Source of the DNA: a virus
Taxonomy: Duplodnaviria > Caudoviricetes
DNA: 52,192 nucleotides
IMG/VR virus record: IMGVR_UViG_3300034166_000764
Span: 1 to 52,192 of that record
Direction: 5' to 3' (one strand)
Shown here in pieces: positions 1 through 9,158 of the stretch. A model generated the notes under the pieces. The model searched no databases. It saw only the letters and a program-made list of their open reading frames with translations, and was not told where the DNA came from. Numbering within the stretch: the first letter of the stretch is position 1; each line of letters starts with the position of its first letter. The translations under genes were made by a program, and so were the position numbers.

Positions 1-193
1 AGTTATCCTAATGTTGAGTTTGGATAAAAAATTCTCGAATGTGATCTGGCTTTTTATATCATTAAATAACTTCATTCATGTAACCCTCGTCATAAAACTG
101 TATGAGCCTTTCCTCAAACTTAGCAAAATTCTCTGCTATCTCTTCAGGAGTAAACAAATAACTTTTAAACTCATCTTTAGGTAAGGCTACAGT
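1..193. repeat. Terminal overlap, copy 1 (circular permutation)
   Basis: Identical to 52000-52192 except A128 vs G52127. Confidence 0.95.
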
Positions 194-748
194 CTTCTCA
201 TGTGAAACAAAATTAACTCTAGCACCTTCCACCACTATACCGCTCTCTTTTAATAGTTTAGCATAAGCAGCTATCTGAAGTTTATTGTTAGCCATACGAC
301 TAGAAGCTTTAGACATTACACCTATACTCTTATGATCTATAACCTCTAACTTAGCTGGTACAGTAGACTCACTTTGAACATAAGCTATCAAGTCTATAGT
401 ACCACAATATCTTAAACCATTAGCTAACTCTACTTTATAGAACTGTTCTATGCCAATAGGTTTAATGTAGTTACTTTTTAAGAATCTTCTGTTATATCTC
501 TCAAACATTCTCACTGCTTTAACAGTGTAGTCTTTAGTATCTGGAAACTCATAATCATTCTTCAAGTAGTATTCTAATAACTCATGTAGCTTAGTACCAT
601 CACTGGAAGCTTCATTAGGATCTAGTCCTTGTGCTAACTGCTCATTCTTCCACTTCTCTAATGCTTCTTTCTTAAACCTACTATCAGTAGCAGATAACAC
701 TGTGGTTACTGAAGGGTATAATTTACCATCTATCTCTCTAATTCTCAT
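62..748 (-). CDS. PD-(D/E)XK family phage exonuclease
   Basis: YPSVTTVL N-terminus, GTKLH, GTIDL..IDHKS catalytic motif, QIAAY; located among replication genes. Confidence 0.8.
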   Translation of the reverse strand: MRIREIDGKLYPSVTTVLSATDSRFKKEALEKWKNEQLAQGLDPNEASSDGTKLHELLEYYLKNDYEFPDTKDYTVKAVRMFERYNRRFLKSNYIKPIGIEQFYKVELANGLRYCGTIDLIAYVQSESTVPAKLEVIDHKSIGVMSKASSRMANNKLQIAAYAKLLKESGIVVEGARVNFVSHEKTVALPKDEFKSYLFTPEEIAENFAKFEERLIQFYDEGYMNEVI

Positions 749-775
749 CTATATGTGTTTCCTTTATTTCTAATC

Positions 776-1255
776 TCAATTCATCACCTCGTCAAACTTC
801 TTTTTAAGTTCTGCTGGGTAGTTTTCGTGTAGCCAAATGAACATTTCATAAATAGAGCTACTGCTAAAAATTACAGCATTTGACTCCAGCTCATTAACTC
901 CTGCCTCAAAAACTTCAAACTCTTCAGGTGAGTATTCAGTCTCATAAAACTTTCTAAAATAACGAGCATCAATGCCAACTTTGAAAGGCAAGCACGCCTC
1001 TAAAGCAGCTTTTGGGATGATTGGAACTGTAAACAATCCCATCTTATGAGATTCGCACCAGTTACGCAGCCCGTTGTAGTTTATATAATCAATCTCGGTG
1101 TCGCACTCTATGACTAAGCAATCATCAAGTCTTACAAAGAATTTAGACAAACCCATGTAATCCCGCAATTCAAATTTACAACAGAGTTTATTGAAGTTAT
1201 AGCCCAATTCAAGAATCTTTTTAGACTCTTCATAAGTTAAATTTAGTTCAATCAT
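776..1255 (-). CDS. Hypothetical protein
   Basis: 159-aa ORF overlapping the polA stop; appears richer in CG than its neighbours. Confidence 0.6.
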   Translation of the reverse strand: MIELNLTYEESKKILELGYNFNKLCCKFELRDYMGLSKFFVRLDDCLVIECDTEIDYINYNGLRNWCESHKMGLFTVPIIPKAALEACLPFKVGIDARYFRKFYETEYSPEEFEVFEAGVNELESNAVIFSSSSIYEMFIWLHENYPAELKKKFDEVMN

Positions 1256-3210
1256 TTTGCCTCCCAGTAATTTTTACCATAGTTTAAATCAACTTTAAGT
1301 GGTACTATCAGTGTACCACATTTAGGTAAGTTAATATCAGACATTATCACATTAATTTTATTTAAGAAATCATCTATCTTATCTAGTCTACATATACCAG
1401 CTAATTCATCATGTATAGACATCTGTAACTTAGCACCATAAGCAGGATTAGACTTACAGAAGTTATTTACTTTAACCATAGCCACTCTCATAATATCAGC
1501 AGCAGTACCTTGTATAAGAGTATTAAATGCTTCTCTTTCAGCAGCAGCTCTTAGTCTAGGTGAGTTAGAGTTAATATCTGGTAAGTATCTCTTTCTACCT
1601 GATAGTGTTAGAACATACCCACGCTCTCTAGTCAGTGCTAAACAATCTTCCTTAGCTTTGTTTAGGTTAGGGTAAGTTTCATAATACTTGTCAATAAAGG
1701 CTTGCCCCTCTTCTTTAGATACTTTAAGATCCTCTGCTACATTAGCTGCTGACCGTCCATAAGCAATTCCGAAGTTAAGAGTTTTTCCAATACGCCTTTC
1801 TAGACTGTCTTTCCCCACTTCCTCATAAGGTATGTTAAACATAGCTGAAGCTACAGCACTGTGAGCATCATGTCCGTTAAGAAAGGCTTTAACCATGTTT
1901 TCATCTTGCATTAGATGAACCATAATCCTAATCTCTATTTGAGAATAGTCACCAGCCCAGAAGACGTAGCCTTCAGGTGGAATAATACCTTCTCTAGCTT
2001 TAGCACCTAATCCTGTAGCTGGTAACTGTTGAATATTACTAGATAATCTTCCAGTAGCAGTCTGTGTAGCTAGGAAGTAAGGGTGAAATCTATCTGTTTG
2101 AGGATGTTTCTTTTCTATTAAAGAAGCATAGGTACCATCAATCTTTAGCATATTTCTATAGTTCTTTAGATAGTGTAGTATCTTATGATCCTCACCGTCA
2201 GCTATGAGCTTAGTAATAACATCAGCACCTACAGAGAGTTTCTTAGATTCTTTGCTATAGCAATACTTTCTAGGTTTAACACCTAACTCTTCATAGATAA
2301 GCTTACATAGTTGGACTGGAGAAGCTAGATTAATCTCTCTACCTAAAGTCTTGTAGATAACAGATTCTATCCTCTTTGATCTTAACTTACATCTTCTAGA
2401 CAAGTTCTCAAACACTGGTGTGTCTAAATAAACACCATTATTCGACATATCCATGCAAACTACAGAAGCTTCATGGTCTAGTTTAACTATCTCTTTATCT
2501 ACTTTATCTTTTAAATCTTGGTATATCTTCATAGTGAAGTAGACATCAGCACCACAGTATTGAGCTTGCTCATCTAAAGGCACTTCAGTGAACGGCTTTT
2601 CTTTCTTACCAGTACCAACTAACTCTTTATAAGTAGTCATCTTAAGACCATACCTAGCAAATACTATATCTTTTAATCCAGATTTACCACAATCAGCACT
2701 TACATAGCTATATACCATACTGTCCAAGTAGTATTTAGGTGTAATGTTCAACCTATCAAATATAGACTTCTCAAATGCTAAGTTATGAACTAAGAAGAAG
2801 TTATGTTTAGCTAACTCTCTTAGATCATTTAATCCTTGCTCTACATTAACAGTATAGAACACTTCATTATATACAGTGCAGATACCTATACCAAGCACTT
2901 CACAAGTGAACACATCAGTAGAAGTAGTCTCTAGATCCACTGCAAAGATGTTATTAGTAATGTTCTTTAGATTAGAGAAGGATTCTACTATTTTTACATC
3001 TAATCTATCTAGTGGTTTACTAACAGTCTGCACTTTAGCTGGAGTTTTAAACACAATCTTTCTAGCACTGTATAACTTCTTTAGCTCATCTTTATCAACC
3101 TTCTCTTTCATAAAAGAGTATTGTTTTGGTATATACACAGTAAGCATTTTAAGCTCTTGGTGATACTCAGTAGTAATGCCAAAAGCTTTAAACTTTGATT
3201 CATAATCCAT
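1252..3210 (-). CDS. polA: DNA polymerase family A with 3'-5' exonuclease domain
   Basis: ExoI DLETT, HNLAFE, YCGAD; TATGRLSS; motif A DYSQIEIR; motif B RRIGKTLNFGIAYG; motif C IHDEL. Confidence 0.95.
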   Translation of the reverse strand: MDYESKFKAFGITTEYHQELKMLTVYIPKQYSFMKEKVDKDELKKLYSARKIVFKTPAKVQTVSKPLDRLDVKIVESFSNLKNITNNIFAVDLETTSTDVFTCEVLGIGICTVYNEVFYTVNVEQGLNDLRELAKHNFFLVHNLAFEKSIFDRLNITPKYYLDSMVYSYVSADCGKSGLKDIVFARYGLKMTTYKELVGTGKKEKPFTEVPLDEQAQYCGADVYFTMKIYQDLKDKVDKEIVKLDHEASVVCMDMSNNGVYLDTPVFENLSRRCKLRSKRIESVIYKTLGREINLASPVQLCKLIYEELGVKPRKYCYSKESKKLSVGADVITKLIADGEDHKILHYLKNYRNMLKIDGTYASLIEKKHPQTDRFHPYFLATQTATGRLSSNIQQLPATGLGAKAREGIIPPEGYVFWAGDYSQIEIRIMVHLMQDENMVKAFLNGHDAHSAVASAMFNIPYEEVGKDSLERRIGKTLNFGIAYGRSAANVAEDLKVSKEEGQAFIDKYYETYPNLNKAKEDCLALTRERGYVLTLSGRKRYLPDINSNSPRLRAAAEREAFNTLIQGTAADIMRVAMVKVNNFCKSNPAYGAKLQMSIHDELAGICRLDKIDDFLNKINVIMSDINLPKCGTLIVPLKVDLNYGKNYWEAK

Positions 3211-3213
3211 TAA

Positions 3214-3477
3214 TTAGTCCTCGTCTACTCCACCCTCATCAATAAAAGTAGGGAAGATATACTTATCTATAGTGTAGTTTAGTGTATCTATCTCAGAAGT
3301 AACAGCAGCATCTACAACGTAAGCTCTCTCCACATAAGGAGTGAATAGTTTATTTATAAGTTCAAACTGAGTCTTAGACAACCCAGCAGAGTTTAACTCT
3401 TTAAGTATCTCTTCTAAACCAATATCATCTAGGACACCTTCTAGTTTAACTAATACTCTCTTTTCCCATCTAGCCAT
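3214..3477 (-). CDS. Hypothetical protein
   Basis: 87-aa ORF tightly packed in the operon. Confidence 0.65.
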   Translation of the reverse strand: MARWEKRVLVKLEGVLDDIGLEEILKELNSAGLSKTQFELINKLFTPYVERAYVVDAAVTSEIDTLNYTIDKYIFPTFIDEGGVDED

Positions 3478-3748
3478 CTCTAAACTCTCCTTCTAATGCT
3501 TTAGTTAAATAGTTAATTGCTTTCTTTAACTCTAGTTTAACATCATCTTTATTACCAGCTCTACATAAGTGTTTAAGAGCATAAGTAACCCAAACACTTG
3601 ACTTGTAAGCTTTATCATCTGATCCTAAAGCCTTAAATACATTATACCCTATTTCTTCCTGAACATCACTCACCTTAAAACTATTTTTATAATAGTGGTC
3701 TGGTTTGTATGTGTCTGGTTCTGGTGCTTCTACTGGCATGACTGACAA
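3470..3748 (-). CDS. DUF3310-like (T7 gp1.7/SaV-like nucleotide kinase family) protein
   Basis: PDHY...ALKHLCRAGNKDD..ELKKAINYL pattern typical of DUF3310. Confidence 0.7.
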   Translation of the reverse strand: MSVMPVEAPEPDTYKPDHYYKNSFKVSDVQEEIGYNVFKALGSDDKAYKSSVWVTYALKHLCRAGNKDDVKLELKKAINYLTKALEGEFRDG

Positions 3749-6600
3749 TCCTCCTGCATGTTAATTCTACTAGCTTTCTCTGATCTTAGATAATATAAAG
3801 TCTTAACATCACTAGCCCAAGCCATATGATGAACTTCTTTTAAATAATTACCATCTACATTACCACTTTCATCTAAAGCAAAGAATAAGTTTAAAGATTG
3901 TGACTGACATAGGTATTCTTGTCTAGCAGCAGCTTGTCTAATTATCACTCTTTGATCTATCTCATAAGCAGTGGCAAACAACCTCTTCTGTTCAGGTGTT
4001 AAGAAATCTAGATGTTGTACTGAGCCTTTATTTACAGTAATATCAGTCCACACAGCTATAGTATTCTTACCTAAAGACTCTAATAACTTCTCTAAGTATT
4101 TATTTTTAACAATAAAACTACCACTTAATGTTTTCTGTAAATACGCATTACCAACTATAGGCTCTATACAAGGTGTGCAATTACCTGCAATAATAGATAT
4201 ATTAGCTGTAGGTGCTATAGCAGTCATGTAGCTGTTTCTGTAACCTGGGTTGTATTCACAATCACCTAACTCAGCAGCTAGCCAAGTAGTAGCAATTATA
4301 GCAGAGTCTTTAATTCTTTTCTGAATACTCTTAGCTAAACCGATAGCAGAAGGTGAGTCAAAAGGTATCTCATTCTTCATCAGGTAACCGTGCCAACCCA
4401 TTAAACCTAAACCAATAGACCTTTCCTTCATAGCTGATCTTCTAGCCTTCTCGTAACCTACAACACCGTCAGTATCATGGATAAAGTGAGTTAAGTTCTG
4501 GTCTAGTGCTTGTACTGCTAGTCCTGTAACATATTCTATCTCATCATCTTCTATCTGTTCTAGGTTGATAGACCCAAGATCGCAAACTGCGGTATGCTGA
4601 GAGTCAGTCGGCAAGAGGATTTCAGATTGTCCTGTGTAAACACCATTAAATATAGCAGTGTGGTTTTTAGGTTCGTTGAAACAATAAGTAGGTTCTCTAA
4701 ACCCAGTGTATTCAACACTTTTAACAGTTACGAAGTGTTTAGCATCTCTATTTATAACGTGATTGTTAAAAACTAACCTATTAGTTTTAAGCCCTAAATT
4801 TAACAGTTGTTTTACTCCAGCACCACTAATTATAAGTCTACTAGAAGGTTTGCATAAGTAGTCTTTCTTACCACCTTTACCATCAGGCATTGACTTATAA
4901 CCACCACTTTGACCATGAACTACTTTAGCGTGAACTCCTAGTGTACTTAGCATATATTTAATATCAATCAGGAAGTCGTTGTTGATACTAGATACTTGAA
5001 TAGATGAAGCTCCTTTATTGTCAGTAACACAACCATCAGAGTCTAACAATCCTGCAAACCATTCAAGTCTAGAAGCTACACTGTTGTTTAAAGGAACTTC
5101 AAATTTAACGTAATTACTATCTACTCTAAATCTAATTCTATCTTGATTAGTATTATACTCACCTATTTGAGATCCTTTTAAATGTTCTGCTAATAACATC
5201 TTCTCGCCATACAAGTCAATATGATTTTTACCTTTATAATTACAACCATCTCCACTAAACATACCTTGTGTATAAGCGTCTGGCATCTCCACACCAAAGT
5301 AGACTACAGGTAAGTTGTGTTTCTGTAGTTTATCCCCCACCATCAGGTCTTTAGTTTCTACTACTTCTAAAGATAGCTTATCTTTACCACTACCTTTATT
5401 ATAACCTTTTTGAATGTGGAACTTGTGGTTATTTGAACATCTTAAAACACTACCGTCAGAGAAAGTTACTAGGTAAATATCTTTATCTCCAGTGTATTGT
5501 GGTTGTACTGTAGACCACTCGTGACCATTCCAAGCATGTATAGGAGCGTCTAGCAACTGATCTATAGGTAAATGTCCTTTATCAGTTAATACTAAAGTAT
5601 CTCCAGAAATGCAGCAAAGGTTTGTTTGATTGATCTGTAACCCCCTCTCCTTGTGGCTTTGAAGAGCATATCTATTAACTGTATCTATGTAAGTAATATA
5701 AGGCTCTCCAGTCTCAAAGCGGTTCTTAAGAATCTTAATCCATAAATCATGTGCATCTATAGTCTTAGTTACTTCTCCAGTTCTAGGACACACTAGATCA
5801 ATAGTAGTTCTGTCTTTAACTGCTTTCATAAAAGAGTCAGTAATATTAACACCGTGATGTAGGTTTAAACATCTACGGTTATCATCTCCGCCAGTAGGTC
5901 TTCTGATATTAATAAACTCTTCTATATCAGGGTGAGTAACATCTAGGAAAGTAGCAGCACTAGCTCTTCTAATACCCCCTTGGGAGATAGCTAAAGTAGA
6001 ACTGTCTAGAGTTTTCATAAAAGGTATAGTTCCAGTAGACTTACCAGTACCATTAATAGTAGCATTTAAACCTCTTACTTTAGAGAAGTTTACACCTAGT
6101 CCACCACCACCTTTAGATAATACAGCACACTCTTTAAAAGAATCAAAGATACCTACAATACTGTCTTCTACTTCAGTTAGATAACAAGAGATGGTTAAAC
6201 CTCTGTTAGTACCAGCATTAGCTAGAATAGGAGTAGCAGGCATGAACTTAAGAGTGGATATGATATCGTATAAATTCTGAGCATCCTCATTAGCTGAATC
6301 ACTTTCTGTATCCACTAATCCAGCAGCTACCCTAGCAAAGAAATCTTGTGGTGCTTCACATATCTTACCTTCTAGTGTTTTAAGAAAGTATCTATCTCTT
6401 AATGTCTCTAAACCAAAGTATGTTAATAGTTTATCATTGTGCAGATTTTGCACAATGCTTTTTTGTACCTGATAGATTTTATAATCATAATTAGGTGAGT
6501 GTTCACTCCAATTATCACCAACCTCAGCATAAATCTCATCTAATATAAGATCCCTTGCTCTACTTAAATCACCTTTATCTAATGCTTCTAATATACTCAT
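3730..6600 (-). CDS. nrdA: Ribonucleotide reductase class I alpha subunit, intein-containing
   Basis: PATPILAN, ISCYL, GGGLG, GEPY, TNLC/SEI active site split by an intein, APTANIS, QSQSLN, KTLYY, C-terminal CQSC. Confidence 0.95.
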   Translation of the reverse strand: MSILEALDKGDLSRARDLILDEIYAEVGDNWSEHSPNYDYKIYQVQKSIVQNLHNDKLLTYFGLETLRDRYFLKTLEGKICEAPQDFFARVAAGLVDTESDSANEDAQNLYDIISTLKFMPATPILANAGTNRGLTISCYLTEVEDSIVGIFDSFKECAVLSKGGGGLGVNFSKVRGLNATINGTGKSTGTIPFMKTLDSSTLAISQGGIRRASAATFLDVTHPDIEEFINIRRPTGGDDNRRCLNLHHGVNITDSFMKAVKDRTTIDLVCPRTGEVTKTIDAHDLWIKILKNRFETGEPYITYIDTVNRYALQSHKERGLQINQTNLCCISGDTLVLTDKGHLPIDQLLDAPIHAWNGHEWSTVQPQYTGDKDIYLVTFSDGSVLRCSNNHKFHIQKGYNKGSGKDKLSLEVVETKDLMVGDKLQKHNLPVVYFGVEMPDAYTQGMFSGDGCNYKGKNHIDLYGEKMLLAEHLKGSQIGEYNTNQDRIRFRVDSNYVKFEVPLNNSVASRLEWFAGLLDSDGCVTDNKGASSIQVSSINNDFLIDIKYMLSTLGVHAKVVHGQSGGYKSMPDGKGGKKDYLCKPSSRLIISGAGVKQLLNLGLKTNRLVFNNHVINRDAKHFVTVKSVEYTGFREPTYCFNEPKNHTAIFNGVYTGQSEILLPTDSQHTAVCDLGSINLEQIEDDEIEYVTGLAVQALDQNLTHFIHDTDGVVGYEKARRSAMKERSIGLGLMGWHGYLMKNEIPFDSPSAIGLAKSIQKRIKDSAIIATTWLAAELGDCEYNPGYRNSYMTAIAPTANISIIAGNCTPCIEPIVGNAYLQKTLSGSFIVKNKYLEKLLESLGKNTIAVWTDITVNKGSVQHLDFLTPEQKRLFATAYEIDQRVIIRQAAARQEYLCQSQSLNLFFALDESGNVDGNYLKEVHHMAWASDVKTLYYLRSEKASRINMQEDCQSCQ
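4627..5613 (-). mobile_element. Intein with LAGLIDADG homing endonuclease, C-terminal Gln (329 aa)
   Basis: Starts CISGDT, block B CSNNHKF, endonuclease motifs GMFSGDG and AGLLDSDG, ends FNGVYTGQ then Ser; removal restores NLC-SEI. Confidence 0.9.
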
Positions 6601-6782
6601 TTAAGTTCCTTTTTTATAATTTCCTTTTTCAACCTCAGCCTAATACTTATTCTGTTTCTGCATGTCCACGAGCTTCTATACTTATAGTTGCCTAGATTGT
6701 ACCCTAGTAAAGACATTGCTTTAACAACATCTTCAGGACTTAATATGATCTCAATTTCATCTGGTTCTCTTTTATCTGTCAT
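6597..6782 (-). CDS. Hypothetical protein
   Basis: 61-aa ORF with AAGGAG RBS, overlaps the nrdA start. Confidence 0.6.
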   Translation of the reverse strand: MTDKREPDEIEIILSPEDVVKAMSLLGYNLGNYKYRSSWTCRNRISIRLRLKKEIIKKELK

Positions 6783-6799
6783 TTATTCTCCTTCTTACT

Positions 6800-7081
6800 C
6801 TATTCCCAACTATCTTCTTCTTTAACAGGTCTAAGTGCAAAATCTACACCATCTAGAAAAGCTTTTAACTTGACTTGTGACTCTGCTAAATCTTTAGCAT
6901 ATTCGTATAATTCCTCTCTTACAATACCCTCTATCGAAGAGATGACCTCTGCAATGTCATCATCAGAAATTGCTTGATTAAGCTCTTTCTTAGCAGCAGC
7001 TTCTAACCCTCCATATTTAAACCAACCTTTCATCAAGTTAGAAAATTCTATATCATCTAATCCTCTAATATACGGTCTCAT
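6800..7081 (-). CDS. Hypothetical protein
   Basis: 93-aa ORF with AAGGAG RBS. Confidence 0.65.
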   Translation of the reverse strand: MRPYIRGLDDIEFSNLMKGWFKYGGLEAAAKKELNQAISDDDIAEVISSIEGIVREELYEYAKDLAESQVKLKAFLDGVDFALRPVKEEDSWE

Positions 7082-7392
7082 TTATTCTCCTTTTTTATTT
7101 TTGTACTTTTTAACTGATTAGTAAGTTTTACCATTACTTCCTCTGCTTCTTGTACTACAGATCCTAGAACTTGCTCTTCTGAAAGTAACTCTTTAATAGA
7201 CTTAACCATTGTTTCTTCTGCATAATCTCCAGATAAAAACCACTCCACATCGTGCAATACCTCAGCTACTTTAATAAGATGATCCTTAAATGCTTTTAGT
7301 TCTGGTATTTTATTAGTGTAAGGTTCTTTTGCTATATCATAAGCTGCACTTTCTACCTTGAAATAAACGTAATCTAAACTTCCACCGCTCAT
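7078..7392 (-). CDS. Hypothetical phage protein (MSGGSLDY N-terminus)
   Basis: MSGGSxxY...HDVEWFLSGDY resembles a common uncharacterised phage family. Confidence 0.65.
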   Translation of the reverse strand: MSGGSLDYVYFKVESAAYDIAKEPYTNKIPELKAFKDHLIKVAEVLHDVEWFLSGDYAEETMVKSIKELLSEEQVLGSVVQEAEEVMVKLTNQLKSTKIKKENK

Positions 7393-7406
7393 TATTTTCT
7401 CTCCTA

Positions 7407-8267
7407 TTAAAACTCTAAGTTTAAAATCCTATCCTTATCAAAATTTATAATTCTTTTCCCCCTGAAGTATCTAATCTTAGAGTAGGTAGACGGCTTAGGG
7501 AATAAGTTTATAATCCCTGCTTCGGTCGTTACAGGCGTAACATTTATGTAGTATCTGCCCTTCTTAAGTCTCTTGATCTCATACTCTGTTTTTTCTTCAA
7601 AGGAATAACTTGGTACGATTTGAGCTGAGTCTTTTGGACTGTCTACATTAACGAAGTTTAACACCATACCTTCAAGAACTGGAATGGTTCCGCTTACGGT
7701 TACAGTGTCGGTTAAAAACTCTTCTCTTAAAGTCTCAGATAAGGCTCTTAAATCGTCATGCTGAAAACCTAAATTCGGCTTAAAGCTAACCATTAATCCC
7801 CTTGGCTGTGCTGACCCTTCGCCTGCTCTAAATGGCTGTGTATGATCTATCCCGATGGAGTGCAATATTTCGTGAATGATAATCCATGCTAACCTTTCTG
7901 TACTGGAAGCGGTACCAGCGACACACAACCCACGATTAACACCCCCACTTGGTAATCTATAAGCTAAAGCTAAAAATGCAGCTCCCGTATTGTTGTAGAT
8001 ACTTGCATAAGCAACTGCTACCTCATTGACAGCAGGAACATAAGCTAAATCAATATTTTTCCTTTCTTTTAAAACAAGCGGGTATGGCTTTAATATCTCA
8101 AATACCCTATTAATAACCTCTTGTGGGTATTCGGTATCAATCACTAGCTGAACTGGCTTAGTTCCAGCCCAATGAGCTTTCTTTCCTTCTGACCAATTAT
8201 AGACTGCCGCTTGAGCTTGATTGATTCCTATTGATAGTAATATAATTAATAATGTTAGTTTTTTCAT
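7407..8267 (-). CDS. Secreted metzincin (matrixin-like) zinc metalloprotease
   Basis: Signal peptide MKKLTLLIILLSIGINQAQA; HEILHSIGIDH (HExxHxxGxxH); downstream Met-turn GLM. Confidence 0.75.
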   Translation of the reverse strand: MKKLTLLIILLSIGINQAQAAVYNWSEGKKAHWAGTKPVQLVIDTEYPQEVINRVFEILKPYPLVLKERKNIDLAYVPAVNEVAVAYASIYNNTGAAFLALAYRLPSGGVNRGLCVAGTASSTERLAWIIIHEILHSIGIDHTQPFRAGEGSAQPRGLMVSFKPNLGFQHDDLRALSETLREEFLTDTVTVSGTIPVLEGMVLNFVNVDSPKDSAQIVPSYSFEEKTEYEIKRLKKGRYYINVTPVTTEAGIINLFPKPSTYSKIRYFRGKRIINFDKDRILNLEF

Positions 8268-8572
8268 TTATAATCCTCTCTTTTTATATATAACATAACT
8301 TTCTTTTCACCAACAGTTAAAAAAGCTAATAAGTAATCATCTACTTGGTAGTCACTAATACGACCTGTTAGGATCTTGTAGGTGTTAGTTATCACCTCTC
8401 CGTTAAGAGTTACAGCACCACCTACAACTAATCTTTTAGCTTCAGCTACAGTATCTACAAGCTTTACCCATACTAACAGATCAGTTATTGTGGTTCTAAA
8501 ACTAAAATAACCCAGCCCCATACCTAGCTTACCTAAATCATATCCTTTTAATGTCAGCTCTTCTAGTTCCAT
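8264..8572 (-). CDS. Stand-alone S4-like RNA-binding domain resembling the TyrRS C-terminus
   Basis: ITDLLV..KLVDTVAEAKRLVVGGAVTLNGEVI...LTVGEKK. Confidence 0.7.
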   Translation of the reverse strand: MELEELTLKGYDLGKLGMGLGYFSFRTTITDLLVWVKLVDTVAEAKRLVVGGAVTLNGEVITNTYKILTGRISDYQVDDYLLAFLTVGEKKVMLYIKREDYK

Positions 8573-8901
8573 TAGAACTGCTCCTTATCTAAATCATTTT
8601 GAGCTTCTATTTTTGGATCTATCTCATCCTTATGCTCTAACATATATAAATATTCTAATTCTATAGACATTTGAGTAAATTTATCTCTGTTTACCATCTC
8701 CCTGATAAACTGATCCTTAATGTTGTCACCAGTAACAAAAATACATACTCCGTATTTATCCACTGTCATACTTGCATAGAAAGAATCACTTTCTTGATTA
8801 TACTCTGTAACTTTTCTAAACAAATATTCTATATCTGCTATTTGGTGTGAGTTTGGTTTAAATTTTTCTATCATTTTATTTCTCCTGTATTTATTGTACA
8901 C
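8572..8901 (-). CDS. Hypothetical protein
   Basis: 109-aa ORF; true start may be the internal ATG after an AGGAG RBS. Confidence 0.6.
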   Translation of the reverse strand: MYNKYRRNKMIEKFKPNSHQIADIEYLFRKVTEYNQESDSFYASMTVDKYGVCIFVTGDNIKDQFIREMVNRDKFTQMSIELEYLYMLEHKDEIDPKIEAQNDLDKEQF

Positions 8902-8920
8902 ATAATTTTAAATTTATATA

Positions 8921-9106
8921 TTAATTATTTTTAATTTTCTTTTTAACTTCTTTCTTTTTCTGCACTTCCCAGTAATACTCACACTCTTCACCTTCTTTAA
9001 AGAAATTAGCATAAGATTGCCTCATTCCTTCAGGAGCAGTGTGTCTATAACAAGTATCTTTTTTTAAACAGTTTTCACTATTAAAACATTTTGAAATGTC
9101 AGCCAT
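8921..9106 (-). CDS. Small Cys-rich phage protein (MADISKC...CYR...QSY...CEYYW)
   Basis: Start reassigned to ATG 9106 to avoid overlap with nrdB; four-Cys pattern. Confidence 0.65.
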   Translation of the reverse strand: MADISKCFNSENCLKKDTCYRHTAPEGMRQSYANFFKEGEECEYYWEVQKKKEVKKKIKNN

Positions 9107-9158
9107 AATATTTATATTCCCATATTTTAGTAAAGTAATTGTTAAGAAAAAATAAAAT

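Noticed and set aside
62-748. Cas4 / CRISPR-associated nuclease
   Set aside because: PD-(D/E)XK motif is present, but there is no four-Cys Fe-S pattern and no cas genes or array; an ordinary phage exonuclease fits better
2876-4776. Plus-strand ORFs 2876-3163, 3971-4231, 4594-4776
   Set aside because: Antisense shadows of polA and nrdA with no motifs or RBS
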